Shown: positions 50,578-62,449, counted from the stretch's first letter. The stretch is 64,000 nucleotides of DNA from Candidatus Binatia bacterium (GCA_963664015.2 CAXXLF010000002.1:1728001-1792000); one strand, 5' to 3'. The notes: generated by a model not told the origin, from the letters alone. Numbers and translations: made by a program.

Positions 50578-51168
50578 TTAGCAGGAGCGCAGGTTAAACC
50601 TGGGTTCGGTACCCGAATACAAGCGTTGGATGTTCTCCTTGTGACGCAGGATAACCAAGGTCGATAGGATTAGGCTGACCCAGAAAACAGGAGCTCCATA
50701 TGATAGGGACCACACCAGCGCGGGGGTAACGATTGCTGCCGAGATGGATGCAAGGGAAACCCACCGTGTGGTAACTGCAACGAGAGCAAAAACAACTATT
50801 AGAACGAGGACTGCCCACGGAGTGAGGGTAGCTAAAATGCCCAGGGCTGTAGCCACTCCTTTACCGCCGCGAAATTTTAAAAAGACCGGGTAAAGGTGAC
50901 CGATGAAAGCTGCCAGGCCCGCTTGAGCCTGAACCGCCAGGTCGAAATCCAATAAAATCGCAATTAAGACAGGAACAATCCCCTTGGCCATATCGGCTAG
51001 GAGAGTGAGCAGGCCAGCCTTCCATCCCACTAACCTGACCACGTTGGTCGTGCCGATATTCCCGCTTCCACCCTGACGGACATCAACCCCGGAAAGGGTA
51101 CCGAGTACCAATCCAGTCGGGATGGAGCCGAGGAGATAGGCGAAGAGCAATATCCCTACGGTCTGCAT
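50578..51168 (-). CDS. plsY: glycerol-3-phosphate acyltransferase PlsY
   Basis: YLLGSIP, GSGNIGTTN, FRGGKGVAT, RHKENI. Confidence 0.96.
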   Translation of the reverse strand: MQTVGILLFAYLLGSIPTGLVLGTLSGVDVRQGGSGNIGTTNVVRLVGWKAGLLTLLADMAKGIVPVLIAILLDFDLAVQAQAGLAAFIGHLYPVFLKFRGGKGVATALGILATLTPWAVLVLIVVFALVAVTTRWVSLASISAAIVTPALVWSLSYGAPVFWVSLILSTLVILRHKENIQRLYSGTEPRFNLRSC

Positions 51169-51185
51169 GGGTGTGATGGATAGCT

Positions 51186-51881
51186 CTAGAAGCGGAGCTT
51201 GTTCCTTTCAATGCGGTCGCGGCGGAGGTAATAGTTCCCACCGAAGATCCACCCCAGCGCGAAAAGACACAAGGGGGCCACCACCCACTGCATGCTGATC
51301 CAGGAAAGGGACTTTCGAGAAGGTCGTTTGGGGGTCGGCAATGTTACTTGCATCTTATCCTCCATTATAGCAGTGGGGGGTGGGAGCTCGGACTCGGATG
51401 GGCGTGGTGGGTAGACGGTGTCTTGGACGTTGGGCACGATGGGGGGCACGCTTTCTGCGGCCTCGGCTGGGCTTTGGACCTTGGCTACTTGAGAGAAGAC
51501 CGGTGCGGTCTCCGGGGACGTTTCTGCCTGGGAGGGTTCAACGACCGGTTGCCCGGGAAGGCCCTCGGCGGCAGTACCCGGTTCACCGTTGGGGAACTCG
51601 AGGAACTCTTGGTAGATATAACCCTTTTGTCCCTGTGGTAGGGAAACGCGGTACCAGCTACCCTCGAGGGTTTCCACATTGACGGCTTCGCCGTTCTTAA
51701 TGATCGTTACAGGGGGATGGCTGATCCCCGGGCCGGAGCGCAGGTTGATATGACTTGCCCCTGAAATTCTCCCCAAGCGATTCCCTGTCGGGGTTTGTTC
51801 TTCACTGGCCAACGGGGCGACGAGAAGAAAAAGCGTAATGGTGATAACGCCAAGACTCGCGTGTATGCAGGCTGCAGCCAC
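51186..51881 (-). CDS. SH3b-domain protein with Pro-rich linker and C-terminal TM
   Basis: INLRSGPG...WYRV...GYI. Confidence 0.75.
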   Translation of the reverse strand: MAAACIHASLGVITITLFLLVAPLASEEQTPTGNRLGRISGASHINLRSGPGISHPPVTIIKNGEAVNVETLEGSWYRVSLPQGQKGYIYQEFLEFPNGEPGTAAEGLPGQPVVEPSQAETSPETAPVFSQVAKVQSPAEAAESVPPIVPNVQDTVYPPRPSESELPPPTAIMEDKMQVTLPTPKRPSRKSLSWISMQWVVAPLCLFALGWIFGGNYYLRRDRIERNKLRF

Positions 51882-51912
51882 TTTAAGGCAACGTCATACG
51901 ACTGGCGAAAGT

Positions 51913-53007
51913 TCAAGACTTCTTGTTGTAAAACTTGGGGTCCATCTGGCTTTGGGTTCCGGACTTGGCCAGGTCGGCCTCGAACATTTCCCTGATGGAC
52001 GGATCCTGATCACAGTATTCAATCTGATCACCACCCGCCTTGACGTCTTTGTCAACCTTGGAGATGTCCCCAAACCCGGGGCCAAGGCTATGTTTGATAC
52101 TGCCAAAACGCAGTGGAAGATATCGGGCAGGCTCTGCTCCGGTATTGAAATGTTGGTGGAACCACATCTCAGGGGGAACAAAGACGCTTCCCTCCTGCCA
52201 ATCGCATCTCTTCACGGGCTCACCTTCCTGCCAGAGCAGAGAGTAGCCCTTTCCCTTGATGATCGTGACGTTGAATCCCGGACCGTGCCGATGGGCCTTT
52301 TTGTAGGTACCAACAGGAAACTCCGAGATATGGGCGGCCATGGTTCCATCAGCCATCTCGAGCATGACGTTTTTCCCCGCCGCACCCCGCTCGTTCCATT
52401 CATGAAGGTTGAAATTTCTAGCGTCGGAGACGAAATTGGTTTCCCAGATCCTCCCTGGAAAGGATTTACCATTACCGCTGAAATACTCGGGCTCACCATT
52501 GAAGCGATCGGTAAAATCGTAGGGCGTATTGTAAATAAAATCCGGGTTGTGAAAAATATTGAATATAATCGGCATATTATTGACGGAAAACAAACGCGCC
52601 GGAGCACTACCCTGGCCGTTGAAGTGCTGGTACCATGTGTTCAAGGGTAGTGTAATGAGGCTGCCGTCCTGCCATTCGAAGGTCTGTTTGGCGCCTTTGT
52701 CATTCCATAGGGTCGTGGCGCCACGACCGCGAACAACGTAGATAAGCTCCTCAAAGATATGCCTTTGCGGATTGGTGCTTTTCCCCGGCGCGATCTCGCA
52801 GACATAGGCGCCGGTGGCTTGGCCAGCTCCTTCCATGTTGATAAACGCAGCTTGCTGGCCCGAACGACCCCATGGTGCCAGCGGAACTTCTTTCAAATCT
52901 GGTATGAAGAAGGTTTCAATGACGGGTATACCTTCCGCTTTTTGCCATTTTTGATAATAGGGAATGTTGTCCATTAAATTTTCGACCTGCTCGGCAGGTT
53001 TGGCCAT
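51913..53007 (-). CDS. bicupin protein, paralog of 18163-19257
   Basis: QRHIFEE, WYQHFN, KAHRHGPG, WFHQHFN; same length (364 aa). Confidence 0.8.
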   Translation of the reverse strand: MAKPAEQVENLMDNIPYYQKWQKAEGIPVIETFFIPDLKEVPLAPWGRSGQQAAFINMEGAGQATGAYVCEIAPGKSTNPQRHIFEELIYVVRGRGATTLWNDKGAKQTFEWQDGSLITLPLNTWYQHFNGQGSAPARLFSVNNMPIIFNIFHNPDFIYNTPYDFTDRFNGEPEYFSGNGKSFPGRIWETNFVSDARNFNLHEWNERGAAGKNVMLEMADGTMAAHISEFPVGTYKKAHRHGPGFNVTIIKGKGYSLLWQEGEPVKRCDWQEGSVFVPPEMWFHQHFNTGAEPARYLPLRFGSIKHSLGPGFGDISKVDKDVKAGGDQIEYCDQDPSIREMFEADLAKSGTQSQMDPKFYNKKS

Positions 53008-53165
53008 TGGAACCTCCAGCGCTGATTTTCTTTACCTCATAGCGCAGATAGTGGCCAAAAGCAAGGTGCGGTAGAAGCAAAGCATGTTGACAATGCAGGG
53101 AAACTTTACTAAATGAGTAAGCGCTCTTACACGCTAAAAAAAAGACCTGACGAGGAGATAAACCG

Positions 53166-53381
53166 TTGGTAACCTCCGTTGAAGCGCCCATGGTAGGAAA
53201 GATACTTAAGATCGAGAGAGAGGCCGGGAGTCCGGTTGAGGAAAACGATGTGGTGATCGTGATGGAGGCCATGAAAATGGAGATCCCGGTCGTCGCCCCA
53301 GTGTCCGGGAACGTCAAGGAGATCAAGGTCACGGTCGGGCAGGCAGTCGAAGCTGGCGATACGCTGGCTGAGATTGAATAG
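53166..53381 (+). CDS. biotin carboxyl carrier (stand-alone biotinyl domain)
   Basis: APMVG, MEAMKME; TTG start after AGGAG. Confidence 0.9.
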   Translation: MVTSVEAPMVGKILKIEREAGSPVEENDVVIVMEAMKMEIPVVAPVSGNVKEIKVTVGQAVEAGDTLAEIE

Positions 53382-53417
53382 CCCGCCGGCGCTTCCTTTC
53401 TTATTTCTGAGAACAAC

Positions 53418-53564
53418 ATGGGAATTTGGAGTTTTGGTGTGACGGTAGCCTTGATCGGGATGACCGGGACCATGCTGGTCCTTTGGATTATCAGCCTTCT
53501 TATCCTTCTGCTCAAAAAGATCTTCCCTGAAAATGCCGGAGGATCGAAGCCCTCTAAAGGCTAG
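53418..53564 (+). CDS. OadG/MmdD-like single-TM subunit of Na+-pumping decarboxylase (absent from the ORF track)
   Basis: MGIWSFGVTVALIGMTGTMLVLWIISLLILLLKKIFPENAGGSKPSKG; located between the biotin carrier and the beta subunit. Confidence 0.75.
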   Translation: MGIWSFGVTVALIGMTGTMLVLWIISLLILLLKKIFPENAGGSKPSKG

Positions 53565-53573
53565 GAGAGACCT

Positions 53574-54713
53574 GTGGACTCTGCAATTTCAGCTGGGACA
53601 CAAGGTCTCCTGCTCGGCCTTTCCAACCTTCAGTTGGGCCAAGTCGCATTGATCCTTCTAGGCTCCTTCCTTATCTACCTCGGTATCAAAAAGGGGTTTG
53701 AACCGTTGCTCTTACTCCCCATAGGGTTTGGAGCAATCCTGGTAAACATTCCGCAAGCGGGTTTGATGGATGAAGGCGGCTTCCTGCGCTTCTTCTATGA
53801 AGTGGGAGTTTTGACCGAGATCTTTCCGATCTTAATCTTTCTAGGGATCGGGGCGATGACGGATTTTCAGCCGCTATTGGAAAATCCCAAGATCATCCTA
53901 CTGGGAGCCGCTGGCCAGTTCGGTATATTTTTAACTCTTTTGCTGGCGTTGGCCGTTGGCTTCGACAAGCTCGATGCAGTGGCCATTTCTATTATTGGCG
54001 CGTGCGATGGTCCCACCGCTATTTATGTCAGTTCTAAGTATGCACCCCATCTCCTTGGGGCAGTTTCCGTTGCGGCCTATTCCTATATGTCGCTTGTACC
54101 ACTGATCCAGCCACCGATTATGCGCCTGCTCACCACCGAGCGGGAAAAGAGAATCGTCATGGGAGTTGAAAAGCGGCCGGTCTCCAAATCAACCAAGATT
54201 CTCTTCCCTATCGTCGTGACCGTGGCCGTTTCTCTCCTTGCGCCCAAGGGGACTCCCCTCATCGGTATGCTCATGCTGGGGAACCTGATGCGGGAGTCCG
54301 GTGTGGTGGAAAGGTTGAAGCATACCTCGGAAAACGAGATAGCGAATATTGTAACGCTTCTCCTCGGGCTGTCCATCGGGGCCACCATGGAGGCGGAGAA
54401 GTTTTTACGTGCAGAGACCCTTATTGTCCTTGCCTTGGGGCTCGTGGCTATCGGGCTGGATACAGTCATGGGCGTGCTTTTCGGAAAACTAATGTGCCTG
54501 CTTACCGGTGGAAAGATCAACCCTCTGATCGGCGCCGCGGGGATTTCCGCTTTTCCCATGGCTGCTCGCGTGGCGCAAACGGAAGGGCAGCGGTACAACA
54601 AAAAGAACTATCTCTTAATGCACGCAATGAGCGCCAATGCGGGAGGACAGATCGGCTCCATCGTCGCGGCAGCGGTAATGCTATCAGTCTTGGCGGGAAT
54701 GGGGATTGTGTAA
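53574..54713 (+). CDS. Na+-translocating decarboxylase beta subunit (OadB/MmdB family)
   Basis: EPLLLLPIGFG, GAMTDF, IIGACDGPT, AAYSYMSLVP, INPLIG, PMAAR. Confidence 0.94.
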   Translation: MDSAISAGTQGLLLGLSNLQLGQVALILLGSFLIYLGIKKGFEPLLLLPIGFGAILVNIPQAGLMDEGGFLRFFYEVGVLTEIFPILIFLGIGAMTDFQPLLENPKIILLGAAGQFGIFLTLLLALAVGFDKLDAVAISIIGACDGPTAIYVSSKYAPHLLGAVSVAAYSYMSLVPLIQPPIMRLLTTEREKRIVMGVEKRPVSKSTKILFPIVVTVAVSLLAPKGTPLIGMLMLGNLMRESGVVERLKHTSENEIANIVTLLLGLSIGATMEAEKFLRAETLIVLALGLVAIGLDTVMGVLFGKLMCLLTGGKINPLIGAAGISAFPMAARVAQTEGQRYNKKNYLLMHAMSANAGGQIGSIVAAAVMLSVLAGMGIV

Positions 54714-54860
54714 ACCCCGTACCAGGGTTGGCTGTCCATGGCATTTGTCCATGGTCTTTTGCGAAGGCGGATAACATTCACCCGATTTCAACTCGAGAGA
54801 CTCTTGGTCGAATGATGAGCGGCTCGCGACCAGAGGACAAGGCTAAAAGGTAAAGTAACC

Positions 54861-56417
54861 ATGGCGGCTATAGGGAGAGGCGATATTGAGAAGCGACTCC
54901 GGGATACCGAATCCCGTGTGCTTGAGGGAGATCCCAAGGCAGTAGAGAAACAACACAGCCAAGGCCTGCTTACTGCTCGGGAGAGAATCCAGGCGTTACT
55001 CGATCCAGGGAGTTTCGTTGAGGAGTTTATGCTTGCGGAAACCCAAGTCACCGATTTCGGTATGGCGAAAAAAAAACGGCCAACCGATGGAGTGGTGACC
55101 GGCTACGGGAAAATCGACGGGCGCCCCGTCCACGTTTTCGCTCAAGACCGTACGGTTCTGGCAGGTACCGTGGGTAGTGCCCACGCGGAAAAAATCGCCT
55201 ACGTGATACAAAACGCACGCCAACGAGGTATGCCCCTGATCGGTCTGTACGACTCCGCCGGTGCTAGGATTCAGGAAGGGCTCAGCGTAACGACTTCCAT
55301 CGGAAAGATCTTTTTTGAAAACAGCGTGACCTCTGGCGTGATCCCTCAGATCTCGGCCATAATGGGGCCCTGTATAGGTGTAGCTTCGTATTCGCCGGCG
55401 TTGACTGATTTTATAGTCATGGTTCAAGGAAGCAGCCAGATGTTCATCACGGGGCCGTCGGTCATCAAAGAGGTTCTAGGTGAGGAAGTCACCATGGAGG
55501 AATTGGGGGGGGCCAAAATTCATACGGAGGTTTCGGGAGTGGCGGACCTGGTCGCCAAAAACGATCAGGACTGTCTCACTCTCATTCGCAAGCTTGTAGG
55601 GTTTTTGCCCTCCAATTTCCGGTCGAGTCCCCCTGCCAAAGGTCCCCACCGTGATGCGGCGCGATTGCTGGACGGTATGGATAAGCTTGTTCCCGAGGAC
55701 ATGCGTAAAGCCTACAATGTCCTTCAGGTGATCAAGGCACTGGTGGATGATGGTAATTTTTTGGAACTCAAAGGGAAGTTCGCTCGAAACTTGGTCATTG
55801 GATTAGGCCGTTTGGACGGTCATCCGGTGGGAATTGTCGCCAATCAGCCCATGTTTCTTGCCGGGAGCCTTGATGTGGACGCTTCCGATAAGGCTTCACG
55901 CTTCATCCGCTTCTGCGATGCATTTAGTATTCCTATCGTGACGCTCATGGATGTACCGGGGTTTTTCCCCGGCAGGCAGCAGGAAGAAAAAGGGATTATA
56001 CGTCACGGAGCCAAACTTCTATACGCCTATGCGGAAGCCACGGTACCGAAGATTACGGTTGTCCTACGTAAAGGCTACGGGGGGGCTAAACAGGCCATGT
56101 GTACCCGTGAGATGGGTGCGGATCAATTTTTTGTATGGCCGGGCGTTGAACTTGCGGTGATGGGTGGAGGAGGAGCCGTTAACGTGATCTATCGCCGGGA
56201 GATTGAAGCTTCCATGGACCCGGAGCAAACCAGGCGGGAAAAGATGGAGGAGTACGCAGAGCGCTTTAGCGGTCCCTTCGAGGCCCTCTCCAAACAGTTT
56301 GCCCACGCGGCCATTCGCCCCGCCGAAACACGTGTTCGGTTAATTCAAGCGTTAGAAATCCTCAAGGAGAAAAAAGAAGAGAGACCGCAAAAAAAACACG
56401 GGACCATGCCCGTCTAA
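54861..56417 (+). CDS. acyl-CoA carboxyltransferase (MmdA/PccB family)
   Basis: ARERI, DGVVTGYG, SAGARIQEG, DVPGF, KKHG.MP. Confidence 0.9.
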   Translation: MAAIGRGDIEKRLRDTESRVLEGDPKAVEKQHSQGLLTARERIQALLDPGSFVEEFMLAETQVTDFGMAKKKRPTDGVVTGYGKIDGRPVHVFAQDRTVLAGTVGSAHAEKIAYVIQNARQRGMPLIGLYDSAGARIQEGLSVTTSIGKIFFENSVTSGVIPQISAIMGPCIGVASYSPALTDFIVMVQGSSQMFITGPSVIKEVLGEEVTMEELGGAKIHTEVSGVADLVAKNDQDCLTLIRKLVGFLPSNFRSSPPAKGPHRDAARLLDGMDKLVPEDMRKAYNVLQVIKALVDDGNFLELKGKFARNLVIGLGRLDGHPVGIVANQPMFLAGSLDVDASDKASRFIRFCDAFSIPIVTLMDVPGFFPGRQQEEKGIIRHGAKLLYAYAEATVPKITVVLRKGYGGAKQAMCTREMGADQFFVWPGVELAVMGGGGAVNVIYRREIEASMDPEQTRREKMEEYAERFSGPFEALSKQFAHAAIRPAETRVRLIQALEILKEKKEERPQKKHGTMPV

Positions 56418-56438
56418 TGGGTCCCTGGGCGTCGAGCT

Positions 56439-56861
56439 CTACGGTTTTTCTGACTCACCCTTGGGTTGGGTAATAATTGCCAGCCGGGTCAAGCCTGCGC
56501 TGCGCGCCTGGTCCATAACCCAAACTACCGTACCGTGGAAGACCTGTGCATCGGCCTGGATCAAAATTTGAGTTTTTGACCCGGATCGTCCCGCCTCAAG
56601 CAATTGGCTCACGAGATCTTTTCTGTCAACTTTCTTTTCGTTGAGAAAAAGCTCCTGGTTGGAACTGATGACGATCCGCAAGTCTTTTTCCTGTTGCACG
56701 ATTTCTTGCGCAGTAGATTCGGGTAGGTTTACACGGATCCCTGGTGTTGAGATGAAGTTGAGGGAGAGGGCGAAGAAGATGAGCAGATTGAAGACCGTGT
56801 CCAGGAAAGGAGCCAGATCAATAAAGCTATTTTTGCTTCTTTGCGCGTTGCGGAAGCGCAT
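56439..56861 (-). CDS. exbD: biopolymer transporter ExbD/TolR
   Basis: IDLAPFLDTVFNLLIFF, ADAQV..G.VV.VMD. Confidence 0.88.
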   Translation of the reverse strand: MRFRNAQRSKNSFIDLAPFLDTVFNLLIFFALSLNFISTPGIRVNLPESTAQEIVQQEKDLRIVISSNQELFLNEKKVDRKDLVSQLLEAGRSGSKTQILIQADAQVFHGTVVWVMDQARSAGLTRLAIITQPKGESEKP

Positions 56862-56874
56862 ATTCTTCGCCCTC

Positions 56875-57477
56875 TCACTTTTCCTTTAACAATTCCATCA
56901 AGCGGATCGAGTGCTCTTCCATTTGAAGGATCAGAGCATTGGTCTTACTCTGGAGGTACTTGTACATGACCAGAGTGGGGATCGCTACACTTAGACCCGC
57001 ATAGGTTGTAATCAGGGCCTCGGAAATGCCCCCGGCAAGGGAGCCGGGATTGACCACGGTTTGGGCGGAGATCCCTGAGAAGATCTTAATCATGCCGGAG
57101 ATCGTTCCCAATAGCCCCAACAGGGTGCTCACGCCGGAGATAGTGCCCAATCCCTCGACAAACCGCTCCAGTGACGCGCTCTCTTGTCGACCGACCTCTT
57201 CAAGGTATTCCTTGATCACTTCTCGTTTCCGTCCGAAGTTCTTGATACCAACTAGGAGGATACGCGCCATGGATGAACGGCTACGTTGGCAAAGGGAGAT
57301 TGCGTCAGGAATCCTTTCACTGCGAATCAGGACTTCGGCCTCGTTTAGGAAGCCTGAGGGAATGACACAGTTCCATCTAAGATTCCATAGGCGCTCGGTG
57401 AAAATGGCTACGGCTATGATAGAACAAAGGAGGATCGGGTACATAAAGATCCCCCCTTTTGCAAAGAACTCAAGCAT
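56875..57477 (-). CDS. exbB: MotA/TolQ/ExbB proton channel
   Basis: LGLLGTISGMI, LAGGISEALITT.AGL. Confidence 0.9.
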   Translation of the reverse strand: MLEFFAKGGIFMYPILLCSIIAVAIFTERLWNLRWNCVIPSGFLNEAEVLIRSERIPDAISLCQRSRSSMARILLVGIKNFGRKREVIKEYLEEVGRQESASLERFVEGLGTISGVSTLLGLLGTISGMIKIFSGISAQTVVNPGSLAGGISEALITTYAGLSVAIPTLVMYKYLQSKTNALILQMEEHSIRLMELLKEK

Positions 57478-57704
57478 AACTTACCTCGCCACATCGATTT
57501 GGAAAATGTATCTCAGGTGAATCGTTATAGCAACGGCTAAGGAGGTGATCCAGCGGTTGGTTCATCATGAATGAGCAACGCTAACCTAAAACGATCTGCA
57601 TTTTAGTTTTGCACCAACATTGATTCCGATGAATGAATAAAGATGAAAATGAAAAAAAGAGAAATTAATTTTTTTAAATATGTTTGGAAAATAATATTTT
57701 TTTC

Positions 57705-57734
57705 TTGACATACAATTTATAGTGTCCCTATAAT
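57705..57734 (+). promoter_or_regulatory. consensus sigma70 promoter with AT-rich UP-like element
   Basis: TTGACA-N18-TATAAT preceded by A/T tracts at 57640-57704. Confidence 0.8.
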
Positions 57735-57852
57735 AAAAATGTCTACAAAATGTAGGAGGGTCTTTTAGGTTATAGAATCTTCGCCTGAGCAATTAATTTT
57801 CCCTCTTTCTTTCGTAGATACCCATTTGCGGTAATCTAGAAAGGAGGTGCCT

Positions 57853-57906
57853 ATGGCAGCGAAGAAGAAGGCAAAGGCAAAAAAGAAGGCTAAAAAAAAA
57901 AGATAA
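57853..57906 (+). CDS. 17-aa Lys/Ala-rich basic micro-peptide MAAKKKAKAKKKAKKKR
   Basis: AAGGAGGT Shine-Dalgarno 4 nt before ATG; own promoter and terminator. Confidence 0.6.
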   Translation: MAAKKKAKAKKKAKKKR

Positions 57907-57992
57907 CTAAGTTTGAGTAGCTGTGGTGTGGTGGCGATGGTTTGTACCCTCATTCATCTCAGGCGATAGGGCGGCTGTTTTGGCTGCCCAAA

Positions 57993-58039
57993 GGACAAGG
58001 CCCTTCGGTTGTAATGACCGAAGGGCCTTGTCCATTTTG
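57993..58039 (+). terminator. long hairpin / intrinsic terminator
   Basis: GGACAAGGCCCTTCGGTT-GTAAT-GACCGAAGGGCCTTGTCC-ATTTT. Confidence 0.75.
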
Positions 58040-58051
58040 GTCTCAGTGTAA

Positions 58052-58870
58052 ATGCAGAAACGAATTGCTCACATCTCTGTTGATCTGTACCCCCCGGAAA
58101 ATCCTAAATTTAAGTCGCGTATCATTTTAGTACACGGTCTGTGGAACAGTAGTGCATGCTGGGTCCAATGGGCTACCCGTTTGTCCAACTTGGGATGGGA
58201 ATGCTGGGCTGTGAACTTGGGGGATCGGACTGCAGGTAACGCAGTGGAGATTATGGCGGGGCTGACCTTGGACCAATGTGTGGAAGAACTCAAGCACGTG
58301 ATTCGTGCGGCCGGACCGGACCCGGTGATGGTTGCCCACGGTATGGGATGGGTGCCAACGCTCAAGGCAAGCCAAGGGGAAGATCTAGCAGGGCTCCTTT
58401 TGATCTCGCCGCCGAATGCGTGGAGTGTTCCCAACGAGGCAGGGCGTCCGCTTCGGTTGCTGAGATTGAAGTATCTAGTACCTCTTTCTCTCGGTTGGTC
58501 CGTTCGCATCCGGGAAGGGGACTTCTCTCGCTACTGGCTTTCATGCCTACCGGTTGCGCGTCACGAGCAAGTTCTGAGAAACCTGGTGCCCGAGTCCAGC
58601 CATTTGATCAAGCTCCTATTTCAACCTTCGTTTATCATAGAGCAATCATCCCAGGGATGGCCAGTGCTGGTCATGGGAGGGACCGAGGATCCAGTGGCGC
58701 CGATGGTGTCCGTACGGCAGACAGCCGAATGCTTGGCTGCCGAATGCCGGGAATATTCTGGCCACGGTCACTGGTTGCTGGAAGAGGAGGGATGGGAGGC
58801 GATCGTCAACGACGCCCACCGGTGGTTGATACAGGGCCTCGGAGAGGCCGTGCTTTTGAACCCTTCCTGA
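58052..58870 (+). CDS. alpha/beta hydrolase-fold protein
   Basis: ILVHGLW, AHGMG (no nucleophile Ser), EDP, GHGHW. Confidence 0.75.
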   Translation: MQKRIAHISVDLYPPENPKFKSRIILVHGLWNSSACWVQWATRLSNLGWECWAVNLGDRTAGNAVEIMAGLTLDQCVEELKHVIRAAGPDPVMVAHGMGWVPTLKASQGEDLAGLLLISPPNAWSVPNEAGRPLRLLRLKYLVPLSLGWSVRIREGDFSRYWLSCLPVARHEQVLRNLVPESSHLIKLLFQPSFIIEQSSQGWPVLVMGGTEDPVAPMVSVRQTAECLAAECREYSGHGHWLLEEEGWEAIVNDAHRWLIQGLGEAVLLNPS

Positions 58871-59027
58871 GGGGCCTCTTGGAGTGGGCGGCCATGAGCA
58901 GGCACTTTCACCCAGCATCGGTAGATGTTATTATGGAGTATGGAGGAGTCTGCCCGCCGGATTGCCGACAAATCCCAGCCGTTATCCACAGGAAAGGCCT
59001 AAAAGGCGCAAACCATCGGGTTAAAAA

Positions 59028-61069
<2,042 letters not shown>

Positions 61070-61135
61070 CTATGATCTTTGCCTTGAGTGAGCAAGGAAT
61101 TCCTAAAATGTGCTATATTCTTCACTGATCGAACC

Positions 61136-61510
61136 ATGTCTCGCTCCAAAGTATCACGATTCTGGCTTGTTTCCGCCTTGGCTCTGGTGCTTCTTGCCTT
61201 TTCGCTCTTTACGGCCTTCGGGGAGCGGGGCTTGCTCCAACTCTGGCGTTTGTCCGAAGAGAAAAAACGGTTAAGTGAAAAAAGCTTTCGTCTCCATCAG
61301 GAGAATGAAGTCCTCCGCTCGACAATTAACAGCCTCCTCCACAATGACCGCTACCTGGAAAAAAAAGCTCGGGAAGACCTACGCTTCGTGGGCCCAGGAG
61401 AGATCGTGTACCAATTTGCCTCGGAAGACTCAAGGGGCAGCAGGGACGAGTCCGTCAAGGGACAGGCTCCATCGCCTCGCCTGTCATGGGAACGAAACGA
61501 ACATCCGTAA
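61136..61510 (+). CDS. ftsB: septum formation initiator FtsB/DivIC
   Basis: TM, FGERGL, coiled coil, EKKAREDL..V.PGE. Confidence 0.82.
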   Translation: MSRSKVSRFWLVSALALVLLAFSLFTAFGERGLLQLWRLSEEKKRLSEKSFRLHQENEVLRSTINSLLHNDRYLEKKAREDLRFVGPGEIVYQFASEDSRGSRDESVKGQAPSPRLSWERNEHP

Positions 61511-62177
61511 TGGTTTCCAACTTCACCTGCCCTTGAACTTTCCTTGCCCGTACCAGTTGCTGGGTCGTGTAGGTCTTGCCCATTGGGAGGACGATCCGTC
61601 CTCCCTCATGAAGCTGATTCCACAAGGAGTTGGGGATCTTCGCCACCGATGCCGTAACGATAATGGCGTCGAAAGGGCCCTGTTCTTGCCAACCAAAGAA
61701 CCCATCACCGGTTTTAACATGTACGTTCGTGTAGCCGAGTCGGAGAAGTATGTCACGGGCACTGTTGGCCAGGGTGGGTATAATTTCAACGGTGTAGACT
61801 TCCTCGACCAGGCCACTTAAAACGGCGGCTTGATAACCTGATCCTGTGCCCACCTCGAGGACTCTTTCCTTACCTTTAAGTTCCAGGAGTTGAGACATCA
61901 AGGCGATGATGTAGGGTTGGGAGATAGTCTGCCCCTCCCCTATGGGTAGGGGCCGGTCCCCATAGGCGAGGAAGCGGTCCCTTTCGGGGACAAAGAAGTG
62001 ACGGGGTACAGTCGCCATGGCTTCCAAAACTCGCGGATCCATGATTCCATGTCCTTTGAGGTCCTTGGCCACCATCCGCTGGCGCAATCGGGCGTAATGG
62101 GCGTCGGATTGCTCCGCAAAGAGCGCTAGTGGGGGAAATAAGAGCAGCGTTAAATAGGCCCAGAATCCAAGAAGCAT
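61455..62177 (-). CDS. pcm: protein-L-isoaspartate O-methyltransferase
   Basis: VPRHFF, GQTISQP, VLEVGTGSGYQAA, PFDAI, VRFVPM. Confidence 0.95.
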   Translation of the reverse strand: MLLGFWAYLTLLLFPPLALFAEQSDAHYARLRQRMVAKDLKGHGIMDPRVLEAMATVPRHFFVPERDRFLAYGDRPLPIGEGQTISQPYIIALMSQLLELKGKERVLEVGTGSGYQAAVLSGLVEEVYTVEIIPTLANSARDILLRLGYTNVHVKTGDGFFGWQEQGPFDAIIVTASVAKIPNSLWNQLHEGGRIVLPMGKTYTTQQLVRARKVQGQVKLETITDVRFVPMTGEAMEPVP

Positions 62178-62374
62178 TTAGTTGCCTAGTCTGAAAACAA
62201 ACAGATTTTGGGGATATGCTCATTACCTTATTGGCTTAAGGATCAAAAGTCGAGCACTGCTTTTTAGGGCAAGGGGGCGAAGTTTTTGACCGCTTGCCTC
62301 TCGGGGATTGAGATTGGGGGCCAGAAAGGGTATTTTAGATACTCGGATAGCTAGGGTTATGACCTTCCCTGTGA

Positions 62375-62449
<75 letters not shown>

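Noticed and set aside
51838-52650. 270-aa plus-strand ORF
   Set aside because: Antisense shadow of the bicupin gene; no motifs
58982-58990. Single perfect DnaA box TTATCCACA upstream of ccdA as a second origin
   Set aside because: Isolated, with no AT-rich unwinding element or trios; may be chance or regulatory
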